Under the pieces are notes generated by a model. The model was not told the DNA's origin. It searched no databases and worked only from the letters and a program-made list of their open reading frames with translations. DNA of 64,000 nt, taken from positions 68,000 through 131,999 of the IMG/VR virus record IMGVR_UViG_3300027509_000013, one strand, 5' to 3'. A program made the translations under genes and the position numbers. Shown here piece by piece: positions 14,387 through 24,712 of the stretch (its first letter is position 1; each line of letters opens with the position of its first letter). Source of the stretch: a virus. Its lineage: Duplodnaviria; Caudoviricetes.

Positions 14387-15053
14387 GATCTGCTCTTAGT
14401 ATTTCCATCAACAAGGTACGGTTTATTCCATATTTATACTCAGAAATATTAGATAAATCTTTAATGCATCTTCTAAGTTTTTTGTCTACAGAGTTAAAAG
14501 AAAGTTCTGGAATCCCTGGATCGATACTACTCCAATGCTTTACATCTTGGTTCTGAGAAATCAATAAAGCATTTAATCCAATTGATAATGCTAGTAGTTT
14601 TCTATTGAATGCCAATTGGACAAATTCTGTCTTGTCTTCTTCTGTCGAAACACCAGGTATAGCTACTTGGCCATCAAATATTGGTTTTTTGATTTTAATA
14701 GCATACTTTAGGAATTCAAGTATTTTATTGAAGTAGATCTGAGAGATAAACATTTGCCTATGCTTTCTCATCTCGTAATAGCATGCATGCATATCATGTG
14801 CATACTGGGTATCGACAAAGAGAGATTGGACTGTGTTGATATCACCTATGCTTAGCATTTCATAGAAAGTATAAGTATTATGATTTATTGAATGCTCGTT
14901 GTTTGGATCATTTTGGAGCTCGCCGATATCCATCAGTATGATATCTTCTACTGGCTCTAGGTAGACTTTGATTCTAAGGTTACTCATGAGATCGTCGAAT
15001 CCCATTGGTTCTGTACCTGTAATTACATCAAATAGTAGTTTGTACTGTTCCAT
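14379..15053 (-). CDS. possible degenerate RlaP/YcgL-like nucleotidyltransferase
   Basis: The segment FYEML...DINTVQSLF...EMRKHRQMFIS resembles this family; the GS/DxD motif is not recognisable. Confidence 0.45.
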   Translation of the reverse strand: MEQYKLLFDVITGTEPMGFDDLMSNLRIKVYLEPVEDIILMDIGELQNDPNNEHSINHNTYTFYEMLSIGDINTVQSLFVDTQYAHDMHACYYEMRKHRQMFISQIYFNKILEFLKYAIKIKKPIFDGQVAIPGVSTEEDKTEFVQLAFNRKLLALSIGLNALLISQNQDVKHWSSIDPGIPELSFNSVDKKLRRCIKDLSNISEYKYGINRTLLMEILRADHV

Positions 15054-15097
15054 TAGTCGTCTGGTTTTTTACTTTGTGTTTACATTTGCCACACTGC

Positions 15098-15556
15098 TTA
15101 TGGCATATCGGCCTTCCTGTTTTCTGCTTCGCACAGTAGAATGTAGGAGTATTCTTTGATGAATGTTTCATAGTTTGTTTCTTTTTCAGAACATGAATCG
15201 ATTATGTTTTGAAACTCATGGAAAAAAGATAATCTCTTATATTCTCCTTTAACCATTCCGCTGATTGTCTTAGTCTTTATTTCTATAACAAATAAATCAG
15301 CAAGAGGCTTGTAAATGGCATATTGGATATTAGCAAAATCCATTTCAGTCCAATCGATTAATATCGAATTACTTATTTCAATTGGTTGATAATATTCTAA
15401 AACTTCTTTGTAGTCTTTCTTGTAGTTCTTTTCTCCATTTTCGAATAGATCAGTTAAGTACAATCCATCAGGTGCTACATAGTCTACTTTTACTAAGTCA
15501 GAACTATCTTTCTTTTTTATGAAGTTACCTCTTCTTAAATTATGTCTCCAGTCCAT
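15098..15556 (-). CDS. hypothetical phage protein
   Basis: 152-aa ORF. Confidence 0.7.
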   Translation of the reverse strand: MDWRHNLRRGNFIKKKDSSDLVKVDYVAPDGLYLTDLFENGEKNYKKDYKEVLEYYQPIEISNSILIDWTEMDFANIQYAIYKPLADLFVIEIKTKTISGMVKGEYKRLSFFHEFQNIIDSCSEKETNYETFIKEYSYILLCEAENRKADMP

Positions 15557-15658
15557 GTTTTATTTATTAAAATATTTTTTATATACGTATCTTATTACAA
15601 AGATTATATTTATCTTTGTTTCATGTCGCATTATGTGGACTATATAAAGGTTTGCCCT

Positions 15659-16576
15659 TTAGATAGAGACACTGGGAGGACAAGCAAGTAGAGAAGCAGT
15701 AGCTTTAGTATTTACCTCAATAGTACTACTCTCTTCCTCGACTAAAGAAGAGCACCCGCTCTTCTTTTTTTTATTCACTCTTTTAGAATCTAATGGTATG
15801 TTGTAAATAGACCATGCCTTTTGATACATACTAAAGTAGATATTGAAACCATTCTTGGTTTTATACTTACGATATTTGTATTCAAGACAAGGATTGGCCT
15901 TCATTACTTCATTTAGGTTACCACCAAATATTTCATTTACTTCTTTCGAATCACATTTGAACAAAAGTATCTTCTTAATCACTAAAGAAGGATGTAAGTA
16001 ATTCCACGAAGTTGATTTGCTTAGTTTGACACATTGCGATATCTTAGAGAGAGAGGCCCCAATGTCACAAGTCTTATAGACATGTTCTGTAACATCTAGT
16101 TTTTCAATACCGAACCTATTAAAGGTACTGGCATCATTCCTAACATATTTTTTATTCGCAAAAGCCCACCTATAGCGTCTCTGTACTATCGTGGCAGCCT
16201 GCTGTAGAATTTGAGTCATAAAAGCTTTGTAGCTCTTTATGTGCTTCTTATAAAGCCTCACTCTAGTCCTTCCAACGTGCTTGAAAATTTTATTTTTACC
16301 AAAGACTATAACATTGTCTTTAGAAATTTTAACTAATTGTAATTTCTCTAATTTGTCGATAGCTCTATAGCATTGTGATCTACTAAGATTTGTAGTCTTG
16401 CTAAACTCTCGAACTAATACACTTCTTTTTTCCCAACCTTTACCTGCTGTTAGGTAACTCAATACATTATAATACCAAAACTCCTTCGATAGATCTCTAC
16501 CGAAAAAGTGAACTGCAGTGCTCATATCTACTAGAGCTACATGCTGAATATTATTGTGTTGGTTATCTTGCTGCAA
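15659..16576 (-). CDS. basic HTH DNA-binding protein (possible replication initiator)
   Basis: Two HTH-like segments (FSKTTNLSRSQCYRAIDKL and LSKISQCVKLSKSTSW). Confidence 0.6.
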   Translation of the reverse strand: MQQDNQHNNIQHVALVDMSTAVHFFGRDLSKEFWYYNVLSYLTAGKGWEKRSVLVREFSKTTNLSRSQCYRAIDKLEKLQLVKISKDNVIVFGKNKIFKHVGRTRVRLYKKHIKSYKAFMTQILQQAATIVQRRYRWAFANKKYVRNDASTFNRFGIEKLDVTEHVYKTCDIGASLSKISQCVKLSKSTSWNYLHPSLVIKKILLFKCDSKEVNEIFGGNLNEVMKANPCLEYKYRKYKTKNGFNIYFSMYQKAWSIYNIPLDSKRVNKKKKSGCSSLVEEESSTIEVNTKATASLLACPPSVSI

Positions 16577-17456
16577 AGTGATTTATCATAAGTTTTGATT
16601 CTTTTAATCTGATTGGGAGCGGAAGGTACATCTTTTTATCTCTTTTCGGTTTCTTCAGCTTCATATTTTTGCTCGGAACATGGGAAATATACATCCCGAT
16701 TGTTTTTATACCATCGTCCAATAGGAAATTTGCATAGCAACTCATCTTCATTGAATAGTAGTTTGCCTTAGAGTCCGCAATGTAAGAAAAAGGTGCCGGC
16801 CATACCTGGCTCTTGTCGAAAGTACTGAAGCTTAGCTTAGCATCTGTCTTATAATCTCCAATAGTAGCTAAGAATTGGCTACCGGTCCAATACAACCATA
16901 AAATATCTGCCTGCCCTGCCAACCTATTAGCATGATCAACACACAAAGCTTCCAGAACTACTACATTTTCCCTGTAATTCTTCTTTATGAAGTCAATCAC
17001 ATACTTGTTGTCATACCCAGGTCCTGTAGGCCTGACTATCACTCTGTACCTACAATTGTCAAATGGATTAAAGACAAATTCATCCTTAGCAATGAAATCC
17101 TCACAAACAAAATGTATAGCGGTACCATCAGATGATGTAGATTCACCTCTTTGAGCCCATTCAACAACATAAGCAGCTCCTTTCTCTTCTATTTCCTTAA
17201 TCTCTTCAGCTGTATGCCTTTGCTCAGCTAACCTAATCATTATCTCTAGTATATCATCATTAGCCCAATGCCCAGATATCTTCTTAGCTTCTTGCCAAAG
17301 ATCTTCATTGAAATTACGATAAGCTTTCATTATAGCAGTATCAGGATTGAACTTCTTTTTGTACTTGTTAGTAATTCTACTCACAGAAGTTAATAAACCA
17401 ATATCATCTTGATAGATGTGTCCTTCGTCAGTAAATAATATTGGTCCTTTTGTCAT
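16563..17456 (-). CDS. PD-(D/E)xK (RecB/Cas4-like) exonuclease
   Basis: SVS...GTAIH...E...AGQAD...IGDYKT motifs. Confidence 0.85.
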   Translation of the reverse strand: MTKGPILFTDEGHIYQDDIGLLTSVSRITNKYKKKFNPDTAIMKAYRNFNEDLWQEAKKISGHWANDDILEIMIRLAEQRHTAEEIKEIEEKGAAYVVEWAQRGESTSSDGTAIHFVCEDFIAKDEFVFNPFDNCRYRVIVRPTGPGYDNKYVIDFIKKNYRENVVVLEALCVDHANRLAGQADILWLYWTGSQFLATIGDYKTDAKLSFSTFDKSQVWPAPFSYIADSKANYYSMKMSCYANFLLDDGIKTIGMYISHVPSKNMKLKKPKRDKKMYLPLPIRLKESKLMINHFAAR

Positions 17457-17472
17457 TGTGTTTGTTGTTATG

Positions 17473-17491
17473 CAAATTTATCATATATTTG
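17473..17491. promoter_or_regulatory. divergent promoters at the strand switch
   Basis: TAAATTTG (minus, 17473-17480) and TATATTTG (plus, 17484-17491). Confidence 0.65.
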
Positions 17492-17514
17492 CAATAATAA
17501 TAAAATTTTTTTTA

Positions 17515-17949
17515 ATGGAAAACGGCGAAGTTAAAAATATACCTATATCAACAAACTCTTTAGAAGAGTTTGTAAAGTGGGGTGTCGGTATCTATTCTTT
17601 GGTTCTAATTAATACAGAAAGATCATTTGTTAAATTAGAGAGAGAGATATTCGAGCACATGATCATCAATCAGCTTGAACACGGCATACCTAAAGATAAA
17701 ACTGAAATGGAAATTTTAGCGAATCGATTAGTTGTTAGTAAAGTCACGAAATCTAGTGCCAGTTTCTTTACAACTCTTACCACTATGTATAAAAAGGGAT
17801 TCATTCATAAATGTAAATCTGAAGGATATGCTAAAGTAGATCCAGAATTTCTGAAGGGATTACGGTCTGCTGATATTTTCTTTAACATTAAACTTGAAGG
17901 GAATGCCAAAAACATACTACAAGGAAACACTGTGGATCAAGGTGTTTAA
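17515..17949 (+). CDS. hypothetical protein (winged-helix-like)
   Basis: Start MENGEVK after the promoter motif. Confidence 0.65.
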   Translation: MENGEVKNIPISTNSLEEFVKWGVGIYSLVLINTERSFVKLEREIFEHMIINQLEHGIPKDKTEMEILANRLVVSKVTKSSASFFTTLTTMYKKGFIHKCKSEGYAKVDPEFLKGLRSADIFFNIKLEGNAKNILQGNTVDQGV

Positions 17950-18559
17950 TGAGGCCTATGAGATTCTTAAAGAAGATCCAAGGTTTAATCAAAAATGTAA
18001 TGCAGTTGATGTTAGAAAGTTTTATTCTTATTACTTTCGGTATTGTAGAACATGCATGAATACATTTCTGTTTCCAATAATTCACATTCCCGGATTAATG
18101 AAGATAGAACCAAGCGTGGCAAAGCTCAAAAAATTGCTGCGAAAAATATTCAAAGGTCAAAAAAGAATAGGGAATAAAACAGAAGAAGAGTACAACAAGC
18201 ATTTTTACCGAATATATGAAGCATATGTAAGAGGTAAATTTGGAACATATAACGAAAAATATTTATCTAAAAGATTTAAGTCAAATGAAAGAATCCGTTT
18301 TAAAGAAACTCAGTTTATTGGAAGAGGCAAGATTGCAAGCACTTCGAAGTTTTTTCGAAGAATATCCAAAACTTTCAGAGAGAGAGGAATCGATCTTGAA
18401 TACGCAGACTCTAAAATCAAACACAGCCGTCATAGAGATTTGCTATTACAAAGACCCAAGCATGGAGAAGATAATGAATCTTCAGGATTCTTTGCGAAAC
18501 AAGTTAGACGATCTGTACAAGATAATCCCTTACGGCTACGTCCATCACGCAGGACCTGA
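17903..18559 (+). CDS. basic protein, possibly HU/IHF-like N-terminus
   Basis: IHIPGLMKI resembles the HU beta-arm; Lys/Arg-rich. Confidence 0.55.
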   Translation: MPKTYYKETLWIKVFNEAYEILKEDPRFNQKCNAVDVRKFYSYYFRYCRTCMNTFLFPIIHIPGLMKIEPSVAKLKKLLRKIFKGQKRIGNKTEEEYNKHFYRIYEAYVRGKFGTYNEKYLSKRFKSNERIRFKETQFIGRGKIASTSKFFRRISKTFRERGIDLEYADSKIKHSRHRDLLLQRPKHGEDNESSGFFAKQVRRSVQDNPLRLRPSRRT

Positions 18560-18941
18560 TTTTGGTTATACAGTCAAGAACAATATTAGCTTAATTGGTG
18601 AAGGACCATATTCAACTGTTCTTCCTGAAGAACAGTTTATTTCAGTAAAATCAGGAACTTATGTTCAGTTCCAAGACTACTACATGAAGAGCATAAAGAA
18701 CCCTGGATTCGCTCACTTCATGAATAATTCTCACTCAGAGTCAAACATGACTAAAGTATCAGGTCAGCCAAACTTCTGGCACCATAAATACTTTGAATTC
18801 TTTGGAGACATGATTAAATTTATTGACCCAATTAAAAAGCCAGTAGCACACGATTTCTTTAAAATCGAAGTTACAACTGATTTAGTCTCATCTTTCATCG
18901 AAGATCTAGATGGATTTAAATTAGCGATAGGATGCAAATAG
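18285..18941 (+). CDS. hypothetical protein
   Basis: Start MKESVLKK; overlaps the previous ORF by 275 nt. Confidence 0.7.
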   Translation: MKESVLKKLSLLEEARLQALRSFFEEYPKLSEREESILNTQTLKSNTAVIEICYYKDPSMEKIMNLQDSLRNKLDDLYKIIPYGYVHHAGPDFGYTVKNNISLIGEGPYSTVLPEEQFISVKSGTYVQFQDYYMKSIKNPGFAHFMNNSHSESNMTKVSGQPNFWHHKYFEFFGDMIKFIDPIKKPVAHDFFKIEVTTDLVSSFIEDLDGFKLAIGCK

Positions 18942-19426
18942 CATTGATCATAGTGGTAGTACTTTATTCTATAGGAGCAGGATTAGCTGTTTCTAAGAAC
19001 TCTCAAATGAAAAGGAATGACTACAAAGGTATTCCTTGGATACAGTGCTTTAGTCCTATCAAAATGCTTAGCTTTTGCGTAGGCATGATGGCCGCCAAGT
19101 TCAAAGATGAATCGATCGATAACTTTTTTGCAAAAAAGAAAGTCTCTTTAATAACTGGTCGATTATTTTTGAATCCATTTAATCTATTTGTTCCTGACTT
19201 TATAATTGAACAATTCTGGAACAGATGGAACACTTTCCCTTGTAGATTTGAATGTGCTAAAACAACTGACTCTAAGTGTATTGAAAATACTAAATGCGCC
19301 TGCAGTGGTAGAGGATTATTATTTAGTCCATTTGAATCATGCCCAACCCAAAAATATGTTAAATTCTTTTGGAGAAAATCTAAATGGATAGAATATAAAA
19401 AATTAAATAATTTACAAAACTTATAA
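18932..19426 (+). CDS. membrane-anchored Cys-containing protein
   Basis: N-terminal hydrophobic helix and a C-terminal Cys cluster. Confidence 0.7.
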   Translation: MQIALIIVVVLYSIGAGLAVSKNSQMKRNDYKGIPWIQCFSPIKMLSFCVGMMAAKFKDESIDNFFAKKKVSLITGRLFLNPFNLFVPDFIIEQFWNRWNTFPCRFECAKTTDSKCIENTKCACSGRGLLFSPFESCPTQKYVKFFWRKSKWIEYKKLNNLQNL

Positions 19427-19440
19427 ATTTTAAATTTAAA

Positions 19441-19890
19441 ATGAGCAATTTTAATCGAGAAGTATTTAACAAGATTAGAGAAACAATTCCTCAGTATTTA
19501 GAGGTTGAAACAGAAGCAGGAGTTGACAAAGAAACAACTATTCGAATTCCATTTGATGTTGGTCAGCAAATCCAAACTGCCGTATTTCTTTGTGGATGCA
19601 CAGATGTAAGGTTTGAAGCTGCATTTGAGAACCCAGACAAGCCAAGGGAATGTACTGGATATTTACTCAAGTTTGTTTATAAGCCAAAGAAAGTTCAAGA
19701 TTGGGGGCAAGCTAAAAATACTCATCTAGGACAAGTTGTAGAAGCCTACATTCTTGGTGATGATGGACAACCTGCTAATCGAAACATAGGAAAAGGTGTG
19801 ACTGTTTCAATCGTAAACACAGTAAAAGCTCGTTATAACTTTAAGCTGTTAGCGATTACGTCAAACCCAGCACTATTGAATGAGACTTAG
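19441..19890 (+). CDS. hypothetical protein
   Basis: 149-aa ORF containing CGCT. Confidence 0.7.
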   Translation: MSNFNREVFNKIRETIPQYLEVETEAGVDKETTIRIPFDVGQQIQTAVFLCGCTDVRFEAAFENPDKPRECTGYLLKFVYKPKKVQDWGQAKNTHLGQVVEAYILGDDGQPANRNIGKGVTVSIVNTVKARYNFKLLAITSNPALLNET

Positions 19891-20149
19891 AACATTATCA
19901 GGAAAAGAAGTATTACACTGTTTTAGAGATTGCAAGGTGATGGATATCCAGAAGCCACCTTGCAATCTTTGTGTTTCAAAGATGGAGAAGTCACTTAGTA
20001 AAAGGAATATCTCTATAACCGAGACAAAACACGTCTTAGAACCACAAGAAGAGAGGATGAATATGACATTTGATCAACTCTGGTGGGCCAATGGTCCAAC
20101 ACCTTGCAGAATACCAGGTTATAAGCCCGTATTAAAAAGGCAAGAATAA
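19880..20149 (+). CDS. hypothetical protein
   Basis: 89-aa ORF. Confidence 0.6.
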   Translation: MRLRTLSGKEVLHCFRDCKVMDIQKPPCNLCVSKMEKSLSKRNISITETKHVLEPQEERMNMTFDQLWWANGPTPCRIPGYKPVLKRQE

Positions 20150-20204
20150 AGTCCTTTTTTTAATTAATATAGAAAAATATTTAAAAAAATAATAAAAGAA
20201 CTCA

Positions 20205-21362
20205 GTGAAGATAAATAAGTCATATAAATACAGAATTTATCCAAATGTAAAGCAAAAGATACTTATTGCTAAGACATTTGGCTGTGTGCGTATGTACTGG
20301 AATTTATCTGTTGCTGAGTTTAATAAGCATTCTATTGAGTATAATCCTAAATATTTAACAGCTAAGCAGTTTAGGGATGAATATGAATTTCCTAAAGAAG
20401 TAAGTCATGGAGCTATACAACAAAAAAAGAGAGATTTTGAAAAGGCAAAGGCTCAATATTTTAATAAAAAAAGAAAGAAGAGTTTAGGTAGAATGAAATT
20501 TAAGTCTAGGCATAAAAGTAAAGACTCTTTCAGGATGACTAATAATAAGTTTAAGTTTAAAAAAGGTAAATTAAAAATAGAAAAACTAGGATTGATTAAA
20601 TTTGACAATCATAGACCACTGCCGGAAGATTGTAAATTAATGTCTGTCACTGTATCGAAAGATAGATGTGGGGATTATTTTGCTTCAATAAACTTTGAAT
20701 TAGAGATACAAGCTAAGAAGAAAGTAATTAATGATAATGTAGGAATAGATTTAGGACTGAGTAGTATAGCTACACTTTCGAATGGGATGCAGTTTGGGAA
20801 TCCAAAAAGATTTAGAGAAAGCCAATCTAAATTAAAGAGAGCACAACAGCATTTAAGTAGGAAGAAAAAAGGTAGCGGTAGGTACTTGAAGCAGAAGCTA
20901 AAAGTAGCTAAGATTCATCGTAAGATATCAAGGCAGAGGGAGTGGCATTTGCATAACATTAGTCGATACATTGTTGACAACTTCAATGAAATCGGGATGG
21001 AAGATTTGAATGTTCAGGGAATGATGAAGAACAGGAAACTGGCTAAGTCATTAGCAGACTCTTCTATGTCGATGTTGAAAACGATGATTCAGTATAAGCA
21101 AAAAGAGTATGGCAAAGAAGTTGTTCAGATTGGTAGATTTGAGGCTTCAACGAAAGAGTGCCATGTTTGCAAGCACACGCAGGATATGAAGTTAAGCGAC
21201 CGAATTTTTGAGTGTGGGAATTGTGGATTAACTATGGATAGAGATGTCCAAGCTGCAAGAGTAATTAGAAACAAGTCCGTAGGAGTTAATGCGGACTATA
21301 ATCGAACGAGGAGCAATAGTAAGACTTTACATCCACTTGTGGTTGTAAAGCGAATTGCATAG
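20205..21362 (+). mobile_element. tnpB: TnpB RNA-guided endonuclease (IS200/IS605 family, TnpB-only element)
   Basis: YKYRIYP N-terminus; RuvC triad GIDLG / MEDL / DRDVQAA; CHVC-CGNC Zn finger. Confidence 0.95.
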
Positions 21363-21411
21363 ATCCGTTTAGAGTAAATTAGAAAAATATTTTTCTGAAA
21401 AATTTATAACT

Positions 21412-21828
21412 ATGATTTACGTTGGAATAGATCCAGATGTTGATAAGAATGGAGTAGCTTTTTGGAACAGCAAAACAAAAGAGCTAGAATTATCTTGTGA
21501 ATCATTTTTCTCATTGTTTGACTTGCTTCAATCTCGTCAAGTCGACAAAGTTATAATTGAAGCAGGGTGGCTAAATAAGTCTAATTTTCACTTAATTCCA
21601 GGAATGACTAAATCCTCTGCAGCAGAAACGGGTAGAAGAGTTGGTCGGAATCATGAAGCAGGAATGAAGATTGTTGAGATGTGTGAGTATTTAAAGTTAC
21701 CAAATCAAATCAAAAAACCTGAAAAGTCTAAAGTCAATCATAAAAAATTTGTATGGATGACAAAATACACTGGAGGACGTACTAATCAAGAAAAAAGAGA
21801 TGCAGCAATGTTAGTTTATGGATTATGA
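21412..21828 (+). CDS. RuvC-like Holliday junction resolvase
   Basis: YVGIDP, VIIEA and RDAA motifs. Confidence 0.85.
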   Translation: MIYVGIDPDVDKNGVAFWNSKTKELELSCESFFSLFDLLQSRQVDKVIIEAGWLNKSNFHLIPGMTKSSAAETGRRVGRNHEAGMKIVEMCEYLKLPNQIKKPEKSKVNHKKFVWMTKYTGGRTNQEKRDAAMLVYGL

Positions 21829-22364
21829 ATGAAGACTTTAAATCAGAAGAAATACTCCCAAGGTCTATAGTAGGCAATGTCCATACTGACGACTTTTTTG
21901 AAAAGAATCCAGAATTCTTATTGTTAGACTTTTGCATTATTCAAATCGATATGAAAGGTCGAGAGGAAGCCAGTAAGATGATGTGGACTCTCTTTTTGAT
22001 ATACGACCCTAGAACTTGGAACTACGAAAGAAAGACTCAGGCCGAAAGGATTAAGATTGTTACAGCTAACTATAATCCAGATTTTAAGTTAGAAGATGCA
22101 GAGATCTACAAAGAATTTTATAGAGATTATGTTCTAGTAGATGATGATGTTAAGTTGTATTCTATTTTGTATGAAGAATTCTATAACAATGTTGCAGTTA
22201 GAGGGAAAAATGGGAATTTGGATATTAAGAATAAAGCTGCTGATAAAAAAGCGTTAGATGAGTTAAAGAATATTGTAACTCACAAATTTAATAAGACTAG
22301 AAGAGTCGCGACACAAGGAGTCAAGCAAAGAGGTGGAGCTAAATCATTAAGAAGTAAGATTTAA
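21825..22364 (+). CDS. hypothetical protein, terminase small subunit candidate
   Basis: Immediately upstream of the large terminase. Confidence 0.55.
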   Translation: MNEDFKSEEILPRSIVGNVHTDDFFEKNPEFLLLDFCIIQIDMKGREEASKMMWTLFLIYDPRTWNYERKTQAERIKIVTANYNPDFKLEDAEIYKEFYRDYVLVDDDVKLYSILYEEFYNNVAVRGKNGNLDIKNKAADKKALDELKNIVTHKFNKTRRVATQGVKQRGGAKSLRSKI

Positions 22365-24700
22365 TGAGTATAACCAAAATAGAAAAGGTTAAACTCTATG
22401 ATATTGAAATTTGCAACTTAGACGATTTCATAAATCATACGCATCCAGAAATAAATGGATATTATGATGAAGAGAAATATATAGACTACTGGAAACCTGA
22501 ATTACGAAAGGTTTTAGAGGGAGTTTGGGGTCACGATTATAATGAGGAAAAAGATAGAGGGGGATATCGATTTATGACCGGTAGCCTCTATTTTTTTGCA
22601 AACTACTTTGGAATGGAGAGAGATCATCCAAACCCAAGTAGACCAAGATATACTGGACTTCCAAAACTAACAACAAAAGATTGGTACATTGATTACGCTT
22701 TAGCCGAAATGGATGGCTTTAGTGGTTTCGAAGGTGATAAGAATATCACTTGCCATAAAATGATTGAGAAATTAGAGTTAGGTATACCGTTGACTCATTT
22801 CGAGATCGGATACATGAAACAAATAGAGCATAACCTCAAAAAAGAGGATGGCACCTATAAGAAGTACATGAATCCCCAAGAGTACCTATGGCAGCACTTT
22901 GATAAGCCCATGGGAAAGGCTTTATATGAGTCAGAGAAGATGAACATACTTCTATTGACATCAAGAAGGATGGGTAAGTCGTATCACGTAATATCTCGAG
23001 CACTGAGAGGATTTGTTCTTCAAGGAGCAAGATCACTTGATGACTATAGAGAGGCTAATACAAAATTCACTTGTGTTTTCGGTGCATTCTCAGATACTCA
23101 CACAAAAGAGAATTACAGTAAATTCTTCGCAGCACATGATTTCTTAGATACAATAGGATCATACCAAGTTGATGAGTTTGATGACAAACCAGGAGATCTC
23201 GACGGAAGTGGCTTCTTTTGGGCTCCATACAGCGGAGAACAAAAGCAAGGTGGACTAATTACCGATTCTCTTAAAGAAATAGGAGGTAAGAAGACACTAG
23301 AAGGAAGGAGTAAGATGTCTAGGGTTTCTTACAACAAGAAAAGTACTGCAGCAGTAGGATTTGCTGCCAATCTATACATTGGTGAAGAGGTCGGTACCTG
23401 GGCAAGGTTCACTCCGATTCATAATGCAAATGAGAATGCAACAAAGGTAGATTTCAAGTTTGGTAGTAGTATCTATATCGGTACGGGTGGTGAGATAAAA
23501 TACTCTCAGAATGTTAGGAAAGCTTTCCATAACCCAGAATCTTTTGGAGGTGTTATCTTTAAGAATGTTTGGAAGACAGGTGGAAAGGGAACCAGTTGTT
23601 TTATTCCTACATACTATCACAAGCTAAGTTATTATGATGAGCTTGGTAATCATAAATTAGATGCAGCATTTGAAGATGCGATGTCTGAGAGAGAGAAGAA
23701 AGAGAAAATAGGAGGAAGTGAATTCACTGATCACATTGCTGATCACCCAATGATTTATGATGATATCTTCATGCAGTCAAGCAGAGGATATCTTCCAATT
23801 GCTCGTTCTTCTGCAAAGCTATCAACAATCGAAGCTGTTAATTTCTCAGAAAGAGGAATTCAAAAAGGTAGATTTATTTGGCCAGATACAAATAAAAAGA
23901 TTGTCCATTTTGAAAGAGATAATAAGCTTATTCCTTTTCTAAACAGAAAAGACATAGAAAATGCTAAAGATTCGGGAGATAAGTTTGGAGCTCACCTACT
24001 TTATTCGCCGCCAGAACCAGGAGACTTATGTGCGACAATATATGATCCAACAGACCATGATCAAGGAACATCGATGAATTGTGTTTTTACATTCAGATTT
24101 AATGCTACCTATTCTGATCTTAAAATGGGAATGCTTGCTGAATGGATTGGCAGGACCGGAAGTACTAAGAAAGATGATTTCGAGGCAATCAAGCAGACCT
24201 TATATTTCGAATCATTACTTTGTGGAGAGCTTAACAATCCTCACTTAGACAGCACATTAGAAGAAAAGGGTTTGTTTGACATAGCGCATCCAAGTCCTGA
24301 AGATGCTGTTAGAACTTTCCACCATGGATTTAAAAATAAGTACTGGCATGGCCTCCATAAGTTAGCGCATTTCAACATTAAAATGGAGAAATTAACAGGG
24401 GAATGGTTGAAAACAAAAATCGGTGAACGAAAAACTCATAGCGGAAAATATGTAGATATACAAATAATAGACGTTATAGAGAGTGAAATGTTTCATAATG
24501 ATATCGTGTATTATAATGATAACGATAACTTTGATATGGCAATGTGCATATTTATACTTGCAACAGTAGCAAAACAATATGAAATAGAAAGTCTGAGAAA
24601 TGACGATCCGATATCTAAAAATGAAGCTTGGGACCAAGTTGTAGATGCATATAATTCAGGTGAAGTTTACGATAACTTAAATGATCTTCTTTGGGTTTAG
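22364..24700 (+). CDS. terL: terminase large subunit (crAss-like)
   Basis: SRRMGKSY Walker A, GEEVG Walker B, GTGG, YDP nuclease motif and DNFD. Confidence 0.92.
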   Translation: MSITKIEKVKLYDIEICNLDDFINHTHPEINGYYDEEKYIDYWKPELRKVLEGVWGHDYNEEKDRGGYRFMTGSLYFFANYFGMERDHPNPSRPRYTGLPKLTTKDWYIDYALAEMDGFSGFEGDKNITCHKMIEKLELGIPLTHFEIGYMKQIEHNLKKEDGTYKKYMNPQEYLWQHFDKPMGKALYESEKMNILLLTSRRMGKSYHVISRALRGFVLQGARSLDDYREANTKFTCVFGAFSDTHTKENYSKFFAAHDFLDTIGSYQVDEFDDKPGDLDGSGFFWAPYSGEQKQGGLITDSLKEIGGKKTLEGRSKMSRVSYNKKSTAAVGFAANLYIGEEVGTWARFTPIHNANENATKVDFKFGSSIYIGTGGEIKYSQNVRKAFHNPESFGGVIFKNVWKTGGKGTSCFIPTYYHKLSYYDELGNHKLDAAFEDAMSEREKKEKIGGSEFTDHIADHPMIYDDIFMQSSRGYLPIARSSAKLSTIEAVNFSERGIQKGRFIWPDTNKKIVHFERDNKLIPFLNRKDIENAKDSGDKFGAHLLYSPPEPGDLCATIYDPTDHDQGTSMNCVFTFRFNATYSDLKMGMLAEWIGRTGSTKKDDFEAIKQTLYFESLLCGELNNPHLDSTLEEKGLFDIAHPSPEDAVRTFHHGFKNKYWHGLHKLAHFNIKMEKLTGEWLKTKIGERKTHSGKYVDIQIIDVIESEMFHNDIVYYNDNDNFDMAMCIFILATVAKQYEIESLRNDDPISKNEAWDQVVDAYNSGEVYDNLNDLLWV

Positions 24701-24712
24701 CCAAATAGCATA

